Assembly (NCBI RefSeq): GCF_006345805.1
Contig: NC_043004.1
Span: 6,944,001-7,008,000, forward strand
DNA from: Octopus sinensis
Lineage: Eukaryota
Direction: 5' to 3'
Length of the DNA: 64,000 bases
In this document: positions 12,085 to 23,779 of the stretch, one piece after another
Layout: every line of letters starts with the position of its first letter
Numbering within the stretch: the stretch's first letter is position 1
Notes under the pieces: generated by a model
Database searches by the model: none
Told to the model about the DNA's origin: nothing
Seen by the model: the letters and a program-made list of their open reading frames with translations, nothing else
Made by a program: the position numbers and the translations under genes

Positions 12085-12480
12085 CGAGAATATAAGGACA
12101 CAGATATTGTGTTGTTTTAGCCAGCTGGAAGCGATGTTTCCTAGGGTTAAAAAACAGTAACAATCGTCCCTTCCAGGACATCCACAGTATGTTGGCAAAT
12201 AGTCTTTACTTTAAAGAACTGTTACTATTTATTAGATCAGTGACTGTATGTCACTTTGAAAACTATATATTTTCAAACGGGAATTCAGCAGCAACTCTGT
12301 TGACCAGAAACTGGTTAACAGATCTTGCTTTGTGCTGGATAAGGGTGCTGGACTCCCTTTTCAAAAATATAAGAACACAGATATTGTGTCATATAGCCAG
12401 CTGGAAACGATGTTTCCTGGAACCAAACAACAGTAACAATTGCCCCTTCCAGGACAACCTCATTATGTTGACAAATAGTT
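12085..12480. repeat. Two diverged direct repeats of about 115 bp flanking three short hairpins
   Basis: 12085-12200 versus 12365-12480; hairpins gtgac/gtcac, tttgaaaa/ttttcaaa and tctgttgaccag/ctggttaacaga. Confidence 0.65.
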
Positions 12481-12507
12481 TTTAAGATATATATATATAT
12501 ATATACT

Positions 12508-13170
12508 ATTATAAATAAGGGCAAAAAGAAAAAATTTTCTTTGCCAATATGCTGAAAAATAGACGCTAAATTGTCTAACCACATGAAATATTTTCACTTC
12601 TATTATTACTGAAATGAGGAAATTAAGCTAACAAAAATTCATAAAAATATAGTTATCCCCAAATTGGTTCTGATTTCTGGATTAATCCAAAAAGGATTTT
12701 TCCTTTATCAGTGAGGAACACAAAAAGAAAATAAATGGAATACTTAGACATACCCACGGAAAAGCAGATACGAGGTCATGGATACATTTAAGTACCCCAA
12801 ATATATCTAAATCAAAATTCCATAGCAAGCCTTGGCACAAGTGTAGTCGGTCAGGAAATGTACACAAATGGTTAACCAGTGTCGATGTGAATGAGAATTA
12901 ATTTACTTCTAATATAGGGATAAAATTTTATTAAAAGATTTTGACGGTGGCCAGTATAAGAAAAATACCCTTTAAGGTGAAAACTATAAATACAATTATA
13001 AATGAGGGCAAAAAGAAAACATTTTCTTTGCCAATATGCTGAAAAATAGACACTAAATTGTCTAACCATATAAAATATTTTCACTTGTATTATTACACCA
13101 TGTGCTGAAATGAGGAAAGCAAGCTGATAAAGGAACAATCCTTTTTGGATTAATCCAGAAATCGGAACTT
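12508..13170 (+). mobile_element. Probable PLE relic with direct and inverted terminal-repeat pieces
   Basis: Direct repeat 12508-12625 / 12995-13119; 12667-12711 is an inverted copy of 13124-13168 (43 of 45 identical); degenerate hammerhead-like motif at 13121-13170. Confidence 0.45.
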
Positions 13171-13421
13171 ATTCTTTTGAAGTGTAGTACTTATTCTATC
13201 AGTCTCTTTTGCCGAACCGCTAAGTTACGGAGACGTAAACACACCACCATCGGTTGTCAAGTGATGTTGGGGGACAAACACAGACACACAAACATATACA
13301 CACACATGCATATATATATACATATATACGATGGGCTTCTTTCAGTTTCCGTCTACCAAATCCACTCACAAGGCTTTGGTCGGTCCAAGGCTATAGTAGA
13401 AGACACATGCCCAAGGTGCCA
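13167..13421 (-). mobile_element. SINE family A, internal fragment
   Basis: Nearly identical to the body of 507-867. Confidence 0.8.
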
Positions 13422-13947
13422 TCATCATCATCATCATTTAAGGTCCGCTTTCCATGCTAGCATGGGTTGGACGTATGACTGAGGGTTGGCAAACCAGATG
13501 ACTGCATCAGGCTTCAATCTTGATCTGGATGCCCTTCCTAATGCCAACCACTCTGAGAGTGTAGTGGATGCTTTTATGTGCCACCGGCATGAGCCAGTCA
13601 GGTGGCACTGGCAACGACCTCACTCGAATCTTTTACACATGCCACCGGCTCGGGTGCCAGTAAGGCGATGCTGGTAATGATCACGCTCTAATGGTGTTTT
13701 TTTACATGCCACCAGCATGGAGGCCAGATAGCCACTCTGGCAATGATCACACTTGGATGGTGCTCTTAATACCCTACTAGCACGGGGCTCGAGTGCCAGT
13801 AGTGCAACGCTGGTAATGATCACGCTCGAATGGTGCCTTTTAAGTGCCAGTGGCACGAAACCAGTTAGCCGCTCTGTCAATGATCACACTCGTATGGTGC
13901 TCTTTGCACCCCGCTAGCATGGATGCCTGTCATCAAATTTGATTTTG

Positions 13948-13950
<3 letters not shown>
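13420..13950 (-). mobile_element. RTE-type 3' UTR with several hairpin-bearing subrepeats
   Basis: (CAT)n tail, ccgctttccatgctagcatgggttggacg, repeated atggtg.tttt.catgccacc.gc units, (GATTT)n. Confidence 0.75.
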
Positions 13951-14006
<56 letters not shown>

Positions 14007-15003
14007 GTATATATATATATGGACAGACAGCCTGACAGACACATACATAGACAGACAGATAGATAGGCTTCTTTCATTTTCTGACTACCAAATCCACTCA
14101 CAAGGCTTTGGCTAGCCCAAGGTTACAGTAGAAGACACTTGCCCAAGGTGTCATACAGTGGGACTGAACCAGAGCCATGTGACTGGGAAGCAAACTTTTT
14201 GCCACACAACCATGGCTTAAAAAGAATGGAAGAAAAATAACTGCCTCAAGATTAATAAAATCTGTCAACAGAGCCTACTCTTGGCCCATGAACCAAATAT
14301 GCTGGCTGCTCCACTCACATTAACTCTCTCATCTTGCTAATGTTACTTTCATCCTCATTATCCTACCTGAATACACAAAAGAGTATTGTTGATCAGGTAG
14401 GAGGTAGACATGATCTTTGATCTCTCTCCTTACACTTCCATAAATAAAAAACCAGTAATTTAGAAAAAAAAATTCATCCCTACCCCAGGATTTTTTTAGC
14501 TCTCATGCTCAGCCATGCATGCACTTTGATCTTGCTCAGCCAATGATTCAGGTTATATGGGATTTCTACTTGCTCCCTTATTTCAATATAGTGGAAAAGG
14601 ACAATCCCTTCCATAATATCAGCTGATTTTCTGTCTAGCTTACACCTCTCTCTTTCTCGCTTTCTCTAAAGAGAGAGGGAGAGACAGACAGACAGACAGA
14701 GAAAGGGACAGGAAGAGAGAGAGAGAGAGAGAGGGCAGGAAAGATATAAGCTACACATGTGTGTATGAGTGTGCACATGAATGTGAAAAAGCATGTTTGT
14801 GTGTGTGTGTGTGTGTTTGTTTCAAACTGTGTTTCTCTATTTCCCTCTCTATTTATCTTTTTGTCTGTCTGTCTCCCCTTTTATCTCTCTTTGTGTCTGT
14901 TTGTCTTTTGCTTTCCTGTCTGTTTTTGTCCACATGTACATGCATATTTGCATGTGTATATAAATATATAGAACATACATACATATACACATAGTTTGTT
15001 GTA

Positions 15004-15052
<49 letters not shown>

Positions 15053-15251
15053 TGTATATATACACATATATATGTATATAATACATACGCATATGTTATA
15101 CTGGAGACATGACTGTTTGAGTTTAATCAGTTCTGTTTTGAAGATTTTTTTCATATTTCCTCATTAGTTTTTAGTTTAAAACAACACCATTCCTAAAAGT
15201 CCATCATGTTTAGTCTGGAAAACATAAAGGATTCATAAGGAAAAAGAAATT

Positions 15252-15465
15252 TTATCCTATGATATACATACATACATACATATATACATAAATACATAAA
15301 TACATACATGCATACTTACATACATACATACATACATAAATACATACATCCATACATACATAAATGCATACATACATAAATGCATACATACATACATACA
15401 TACATACATACATACATACATACATACATACATACATACATACATACATACATAAATTCACGTGT
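15252..15465. repeat. (TACA)n tetranucleotide microsatellite
   Basis: Direct inspection. Confidence 0.95.
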
Positions 15466-15929
15466 TTGTGTGTACATATACATATGTATGTGTATGTATG
15501 GATGTGTCTGTGTGTATACACACACATATATAGAGAGAGAGACAGAGAGAGATAGAGGGCGGGAGAGGTATAAGCTACACATGTGTGTATGAGTGTGCAC
15601 ATGAATATGAAAATTCATGTTTGTGTGTGTGTGTGTGTGTGTTTGCAACTGTGTTTCTCTGGAGATGGAAGACCCCAGGGTTTAACTCTTAGCTCCTCCA
15701 CCTTCTGTTATTATTGCTGCTGTTTTCTAAAAATCCCATTTACTCCCAAGTTAATAACTTTACACAGCACCTGCCCTCCTCCAGCTTATACATGGGAGGT
15801 TGAAATGGAAGAGTCCAAGCTGTTATTTGCTGCTTCCCTCTACAGAAAGCAACTAACTCCACTAACAGCTGTCTCTGGGGTAATTTTGTTTTTGTCTTTT
15901 TTTTTTTTTTTCTTCAATTTTCTTCTCAG

Positions 15930-16441
15930 GAACAAAAACGGAAACTAGAAGTCAGTCAGATTCAAGGAAAAATGTTTCTGATAATTTTTTTCTGCAAGTT
16001 AGCAAAGTAGGAAGTGTATATAGTACATTGCCCCGCCGACACTACCACCACTACCACCACCTCCACTACTCCACTACAACTACCTCCACTACTGCTACTG
16101 CCACTATCATCATTACTGCCTCCTCCATCAACACCCCACCGCCACCACCACCACCAACAACAACAACACCACAACCACCACCAACACAACACCCACACCA
16201 CCTCACTGCCACTACCACCACCACCACTACTACCACTACCATCACCACCACTGCTGCCACCACCACTGCTGCCACCACCACTACTGCCACCACCACCACT
16301 ATCATCACCACCACCATTGTCATCACTGCCTCCACCACCAACACTACCACCACAAGCACTAACACAACACCCACCACCACTGCCACCACATTGAAATTTT
16401 ATATTGTTACATCATTTTTTTTTCATTACTATATCCAGTAA
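15930..16441 (+). other. Low-complexity CAC/ACT tract; open Thr/Pro/His-rich frame behind a strong splice acceptor
   Basis: Long pyrimidine tract plus cag at 15927-15929; frame open from 15932 to TAA at 16441; coding status unproven. Confidence 0.2.
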
Positions 16442-16940
16442 TTAAATTAATAATGCAATACCACATTAGAAATATTTTGATGATTCTTTTATGTTTAACA
16501 TATTTTCTTTCCTCGACAACAATTCTATTGAACTATTGCAGAATTAGGTCAGAGTCAGCCCTGGTTTTTCCACTGAAACTACATTTATCACATCTGACTA
16601 TCTGATTCTGCTGCCATGGCAACAACAACAATAACAACAATTACAAAAATAATAACAACAACAGCACTTGCTCTTCCTTCTTCTTCTTCAGCTAAATACG
16701 GGACACAACATTAGAGAACACCACAAAGAGTTGCAACGAAATTTCAAGTCTGTAACTTTTGGATTATTCTTTGTGTTCGAGTCTGTGATTGAGATGAATA
16801 TTTTGGTGAGCCTGGAAGTGTGCTGTTGTTAATTTTGTTGACTCCAGTAAATATAGATTAATAATTCAAACATACATGCACATCAGGAAATATATTGAAC
16901 ATGAGAGTGTTTGGTTAGAATTCTTTTTATGTAATATATG

Positions 16941-17000
16941 TATAGTCATGACTCTGAGTTTCATGTAAAGTAATTTGCCCACACTCATCAGATGGGCATC
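16941..17000 (-). ncRNA. Candidate type I hammerhead ribozyme with complete core and GUC site
   Basis: Minus strand: gaugcccau-CUGAUGA-gugugggcaaauuacuuuacau-GAAA-cucagag-UC/augacuaua; stems I, II and III can all pair. Confidence 0.7.
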
Positions 17001-17733
17001 TTAAGGATCTGAGTTAACAGGCTTTTTACAATTTCCATCAACCAAATTTACCAATAAAGCATTGTAGAAGACATCTAAGGTTCTCAGTTTTCACCAGTTG
17101 GTTCTTTTTCAAAATATGAAATCACTTATTCAGCTTGCAAATGTCAGTATTCAATTCACTACAATTTGTTATGGGACAAAAATTAAACAAACTATAATAG
17201 TATGTATCATACTTAATGTATATAGGCTATTGAACAGCCAGTTACTTTGGTAATAACTCTTATGGACATGTAAGTCTTTATACTTCTATAGAGGAGTTGC
17301 ACAGCGAAAAGGTTGCATTGCCATGTATTTCCTATCATATTTCATGGCAGCATAGAGAAATTAAAAAGACCCCAAAATCATGAGGCCTACTAATGCTCAT
17401 CGGTGAAGGGAATTCTTTATTGAACTATCATTTAGTGCTAACATGCATATCATGAATGACTAGGCTCAAACTGTTACAAAACTGATTGATTTATGCACAC
17501 AGTCTGTTACTGGTTACATTGAACTAAAGCTTCTTCCTATCATGCAAATTTTTCCTACAGACATTGACTTAGAAATACGACAAGCAAAATTTCACTGGTA
17601 TCCATCTTACCACTCCAAAAGTACCTCAGATTACTTTTTTAACTCACAAAGCCATAAAATAGACATGCTCATACATACATATATATTCATGCATACATAC
17701 ATACATATATACATTGCATACATACATACAAAC

Positions 17734-18105
17734 CAGGCATGTGCCATCAGTAATTACTCAGGGTAAGCAGTCGATGACGTTTATGTAGTAAAACGCACAA
17801 AAAATAAGCAAAACACAGGCGTGTAACTGAGTTGGAGGCAGCGCATATAGAAAATGTTGTTGTAGGAATGTACGCAGCATGTGTACTACAGCAGTACTAT
17901 GCAGATTGAAAGGCAGGGGCGAATTATGCCTACCTAATCTACAAAAAAATAAAATATTTTGCATTGTATGCATAGTAATGAGAGTAACCTTCATAATTTT
18001 ATGGAACTATGTGCATATTTTGCCATAAAAGGAAAATGTTACTATCAATCTATTTTATTCAGGGTAGGCACTGCCTATCTTGCCTACCCAGGTGGCATGT
18101 CCCTG
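17734..18105. mobile_element. Possible non-autonomous DNA transposon (hAT-like MITE)
   Basis: Imperfect TIRs caggcatgtgccatcag / ccaggtggcatgtccctg (12 of 17); flanks atacaaac / tcacaaac resemble a decayed 8-bp TSD. Confidence 0.3.
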
Positions 18106-18574
18106 TCACAAACACACACTTATATATCATCATCATCATCGTTTAACATCTATTTTCCATGCTGCTACAGGATGGATGGTTTCAAGCCAGAGAACCACAT
18201 CAGGATCCATTGTCTACTTTGGCATTATTTCTATGACTGAATGTCCTGCTTAACACCAACCACTTCACAGTGTGTACAAATTGCTTTTTACATCGACTAG
18301 CACCAGGGCTTTTTACACACACACACGCACAAACACACACATACACATACATACACACACACAAACACACAATATACATGTACATACATAAATACACATA
18401 CATGCATACATACACACATACATGCATACATACATACATATGTACACATACATACATACACACACATACATACATGCATACATACATACACACATGCAAT
18501 ACATACACACACACATGCACACATACACACATATACATACATAGGTGTAGTTGTGGCTAGGCACAGATATAATT

Positions 18575-18740
18575 AGGTACAGACGTGGTACTATGGTTTA
18601 AGAATCTTGCTTCCAACCCATGTGGCCTTGGGTTTAGTTCCACTGTATGGCACCTTAAGCAGGTGTTTTCCTATAACCTCAAACAGAGCAAAGCTCTGTG
18701 AGTGTATTTTCTAGACAGAAACTGAAAGAAGCCCGTTGTG
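18575..18740 (+). mobile_element. SINE family A, 5' half
   Basis: Head and body homology. Confidence 0.7.
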
Positions 18741-18767
18741 TATATATATACACACACACACAATATC

Positions 18768-19125
18768 GTGGCACTCTGTCAGTTACGACGACAAGGGTTC
18801 CAGTTGATCTGATCAATGGAACAGCCTGCTCATGAAATTAACGTGCAAGTGGCTGAGCACTCCACAGACACATGTACACTTAACGTAGTTCTCAGGGAGA
18901 TTCAGTGTGACACAGAGTGTAACAACGCTGGCCCTTTGAAATACAGGTAAAACAGAAACAGGAAGAGTGAGAGAAAGTTGTGGTAAAAGAATACACTCCC
19001 TGCCGGAGCCTCGTGAACATTTAGGTGTTTTCACTCAATAAACACTCGCAACAGGCAGTCTGGGAATTGAAACTGCAATCTTATGACCATGAGTCTGCTG
19101 CCCTAACCACTGGGCCTTTGCACTT
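18768..19125 (-). mobile_element. tRNA-derived SINE family C
   Basis: Reverse complement of 19442-19822. Confidence 0.8.
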
Positions 19126-19441
19126 CCACACACACAATATATATATAATTATATGTGCACATGTGTTATGTTGTGTGTACCTTTGTGAAGACATTATGTG
19201 ATGATTGTAAGTGAGCAACAGCATTATACAAACAAGGTTTTTTGCCTCCAGTCTTCCATAAAACATGTCTGGTCATGCAAAAATGTGCCTTGCTTGGAAG
19301 CAAATAAGAGTGGGTGACAGGAATGGCATCCAGCTGTAGAAAATCTGCCTCAACAGATATCGTCTGACCCACACAAGCACAGGAAAATGACTGTTAAATG
19401 ATGATGCTATATATGTACATATGCATATGCACATACATAAA

Positions 19442-19822
19442 GGAGGTGAAATGGCCTAGTGGTTAGGGCAGTGGACTCGTGGTCATGGGATCACGGTTTT
19501 GATTACCAGACCAGGCGTTGTGAGTGTTTATTGAGCAAAAACACCTAAAGCTCCACGAGGCTCTAGCAGGGGGTTGTGGCAAACCCTGTTGTACTCTTTC
19601 ACCACAGCTTTCTCCCACTCTTTCTTCCTGTTTCTGTTGCACCTGTATTTCAAAGAACCAGCCTTGTCACACTCTGTGTCATGCTGAATCTCCCCGAGAA
19701 CTATGTTAAGGGTACACGTGTCTATGGAGTGCTCAGTCACTTGCATGTTAATTTCACGAGCAGGCTGTTCCATTAATCAGATCAACTGGAACCCTCATTG
19801 TCGTAACTGACGAAGTGCCACA
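19442..19822 (+). mobile_element. tRNA-derived SINE family C, full length
   Basis: Head ggaggtgaaatggcctagtggttagggcag (A box), body tttattgagcaaaaacacctaaagctcc, tail ...gtcgtaactgacgaagtgccac. Confidence 0.85.
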
Positions 19823-20967
19823 TACATACAAATATATATGCATACATACACACAAACAGGCACACACACACACACACATTATATTGATTGTGTTTATTTT
19901 GTTGTACAAAACAAAATTGTTCAATGCACCCAAGTGTTAAAAGTGGTTAAGTGTAATGTATATTTTTACTTTATAAAAGATAGGTGCGTGTTTTGTTGTA
20001 TTGTGTGTGCGTGTGTGTGTGTGTGTGTGTTTGTGTATATTTGTGCATGTGTGTGTGTCTGAGCATAGCTATAAAATATGTATATATTCTCATGAAGTGA
20101 CGGACAAAGGTTTCAAAATGCTTATTTGGGAAAAATCGTGACAAAGAGAAAAACCTCACTTAAGAAAGTCTCTCATAGAAACTCTGAATGAAATACAACA
20201 CACCAACACAAATGAAAGAGGAATACATGGAACTATGGTTGAAGAAGGCATAAAAATCAACCATAAAGTCGTCTCTAGATTTGCAAAAGAAACAACAATG
20301 TCATGCATAACAAAATTGGGGTTTGTTTGAGGGAAATAGTTTACTTGCAGCAGACACAAAATATAACAGAATGAATAATTCAACAGTATTTTCACAACAT
20401 CAATGGACATAAAATAATGATGGTGATGATATATATACAGTGGTGTAGACGTGACTATGTGACTAAGAAGCTTGCTTCCCAATCATGGGACTGAGGGTTC
20501 AGTCCCACTGAGCTGCACCTTTGGTAGGTGTCTTTGACCAAAGCCTTGTGAGTAGATCTGCTACACACACACACACAAGGGTGTTAGTGCTCCACAGTAA
20601 CTGCAGTGAATTTGCCTTTAGAAGTTGAATATGTCTCAAACATATTTTAACTAACCTCAAGTTTGTTTATTCCTCATCACTGCTTAGTGCTAATACCATT
20701 ATATTTATTGTGGCCAAGTGGTCCACATGTGCAACTCACTCATTGATATTGACTGTTTTCAGATATGGCTTTAGAATCTGCTTGAGTTATCTCTCTTCAG
20801 TATCTTCTACTGAGGAAGACTAAGAACCAGAAATACATCTAGGGGCCCACTTGGAGGAGATATTCAGCAGAGTTTTAACACTTTTTACCATAAGTGAGAA
20901 TTTTTCTCCATGGTAACTGCAGTGAATTTGCCTTTAGCAGTTGACATATATTTGTTGTATTCCTTAA

Positions 20968-23078
20968 TGTCGGATTGTTATAACATCACTCTGGTATAGC
21001 AGTATAGTTAGTAAAACAAGTAAGATCACAACTATCTATGACTACCTACTTCATGCTCTCTCCTTATACTGACTGATGTCACCTTATTTATAGCAACTAG
21101 CACATGCCATTTGTCATGTGTGTGTATGGGGGGTACCATTATTACTATTATCCCCACAACATCTCCCCTATTAAGTTTTTCTTTTTTTCCTAGAGAGTGT
21201 CATTTTTATTTCTTTTAATTACAATACGTTTTATATCACCCCTACCTTCCTTTTTTAGTTTTTTTTTTTCTTAGTTACACATTTAATATTCTTCCCTTTT
21301 GGCATCCACTTCCAAGAACTCTGTACATTTTTTTTCTTACGCTTGTGCATCTGGGTTCAATCACCTGTAGTGATATTGGCACTTGAAAGGTATCATATAA
21401 CCATTCCATTGGTTCTTCCATTCTCTTGGGTTTGCTCTCAAGAAATCTTTTTTTCAATTGGTTCATGTGTCTCTTGTATGTGCCTTTTATACTTTTTATA
21501 AAGTATAGCATTTTTCCTATGCATTTGGTAATCATGCCATCTTCCCAACTCTGTTTTCCATTCTTATATGCCCTTGCAAACACCTTTGCACCAATTTTGA
21601 AAAATCTTGTATTTTTCCTTGCAATTTTTCTTTTCTTACCCAGTAGCAATTTTATTTTCCTTGAAAACATCAGCTCCACTGTTGACATACCTGCTGATGT
21701 ATTTAGATTTTGTGTCACATGGTATACTCTTAAGAATTGTTGTAGAGCTACCTCATCCATGACTTCCTTGTTTGACTTTTTTAGGGCTCTCTTGATCGTA
21801 TCAACAAAGCATTCTGCTTGTCTAGTAGATTTGAGATGGTATGGCGCCATAGTTACATGTTCTACAGTGAATGTTTTATAGAACTTTTTAAATTCAAAAG
21901 ACACAAATTGCATTCCATTGTCAGACACTATCGCATCTGGGATGCCAAATCTTACAAACAACTCGTGTAAAAAATTTGTCACAGTTGAGGAAGTTGGTTT
22001 GTTTACTCTTACAAATTTCTGGCCATTTAGAGAAACTATCAACTACCACTAAGTATTATGAACTATTTAAAGGACCAGCAAAATCGATGTGTAGTCTTGA
22101 CCATGGAACATCTACTTTTGGCCAAAGTTCACTTTTTATCATCAGTAATTTTTCAGCTAGAGCACGTCCTCTGCAGCCTTTCACCAAATTTTCCATTTCT
22201 CTATCCATTTTTGGCCAGTACATGTAGCTATGGATTAAAGCTTTCATCCTTGAAATACCAGGATGTCCAACATAAAATTCCCTCAATATTTTCTTTTATA
22301 GTGTTTCAGGTATCACTACTCTCTGTGCATACATTAGTACATCATCACAAATTGAGTATAGGTTCATCTCTTGGTTTTGTTTTACTCCAATCCTGTTCCT
22401 ATTTACTTTTCCTGATCACAGTCTTCTTTTCACTTGTTATGAATTTGTCCTTTACCACATTTCACTTTATGTCTTCTCGTAATTCACATACCACATTACA
22501 TTTTTTATCTCTCCTTCTGCTCTTAAAGCTACGATTACCATATCTTTAAATGGCTTGCAGTGTTTTGGTATCAGTCTAGACAAACCATCTGCATACCCTA
22601 GTTTTTTTTTACAGTAAATATTCCATTTTGTAGTCATAATTCAATAATGTAATGCCCCATCACTGTAGTCTATTTGGTGTGTGTGTTAGTATTCCTTTTT
22701 TAGAAATGTATATTGAAAGTAGTGGGTGATGATCAATTTGTAGACAGAAACTTCTTCCATAAATAAATGCATGGAATTTTTTCACACCAAATATGATTGC
22801 TAATGCTTCCTTTTCTGACTATACACACAAAAATAATCTTTTGTGAATTTTGTAACTCCTTGTGAATTTGTTAATTCCTCATTGCTACTGTCGGATTGTT
22901 ATAACGCCACTCTAGTAAAGCAGTATAGTTAGTAAGACAAGTAAGACCACACCTATCTATAACAGTCTACTTTGTTCTCTCTCCTTATACTGACTGATGT
23001 CACCTTATTTATAACGACTAGCACATACCACTTGTCACATGGGAGGGGTGAACCATTATTACTATTATCCCCACAACA
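20968..23078 (-). mobile_element. Ty3/Gypsy LTR retrotransposon, internally deleted
   Basis: LTRs 20968-21161 and 22889-23078 (TG...CA, diverged); PPT taggggaga next to the 3' LTR; decayed PBS-like gtagcaatgagg; RNase H and integrase remnants; no TSD seen. Confidence 0.9.
21275..22860 (-). pseudogene. Gypsy pol remnant: RNase H C-terminal part plus integrase
   Basis: EALAIIFGVKKFH (RNase H); HPGISRMKALIHSYMYWPKMD..VKGC (H2C2); WSRLHIDFAGPL; GIPDAIVSDNGMQF; frameshifts and stops. Confidence 0.85.
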
Positions 23079-23779
23079 ATGTTACAAACAAGTTTTAACT
23101 AACTTCAGGTTCATATATATATGAACCTTCTTCTCTGCCAAGAATTCACAACAACCTCGAACCTACAAGAGTAAACAAGAGAGACAGAGACAGGCAGAAA
23201 CAAGGAAAGTACTCCTTGTATTTGAATACTATGCAAATATTCATTTAAAAAACTTTACATTTAATTTTTCCAAAATTTAATTGTTTTCCATACTTACAGT
23301 TGGAAAAGTCTCTATGACTGAAACTGGTACTGAAATGTTTTTTCTAGAATTATTTAGTATTTTCTACTTTGATTTTTTTTCCATATATGTGTGTGTGTAT
23401 ACCTACATACACACACACGCATATCTGATTACACAGAGGGAAGATTTTCACATGTTCATGCTGTATTGATACTTCCCATTTATAATGGCTCTAGAAGTAG
23501 TGAAGTTTTGGGTGCAAGTTTAGTTAACCATCTTTGATTAATGATCTTATATGGATGGTCTGTTGGGGAATACTTATTTATAAGGTATAGTGAAAGCTAT
23601 GTACACTCATAATGGAGTGGTATAAGAGATTTGGCTACTGTTTCTAATAGGTCAAGAGACCATAAGGAAGTTCCAAATTGGCTTGGCAGCAGATGAGTAA
23701 CCATCATATTGAGTACTCATTGACCTGGAGGAAGCTTCGTGTAGGCTGTATCCTATGACTGACAGCAATACAAACATGA

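Noticed and set aside
16610-16623. RFX X-box-like / Kozak-like GCTGCCATGGCAAC
   Set aside because: Its 3' half is the start of an (AAC)n repeat; no supporting promoter context; the ORF is short and low-complexity
20156-20482. Hydrophobic 108-aa minus-strand ORF resembling a membrane protein
   Set aside because: Starts in a SINE and microsatellite; hydrophobicity is expected from T-rich DNA; no family motif
20775-20803. CUGAAGA-GAG(AUAA)CUC on the minus strand as a hammerhead
   Set aside because: Followed by AAGC rather than GAAA; no stems I or III
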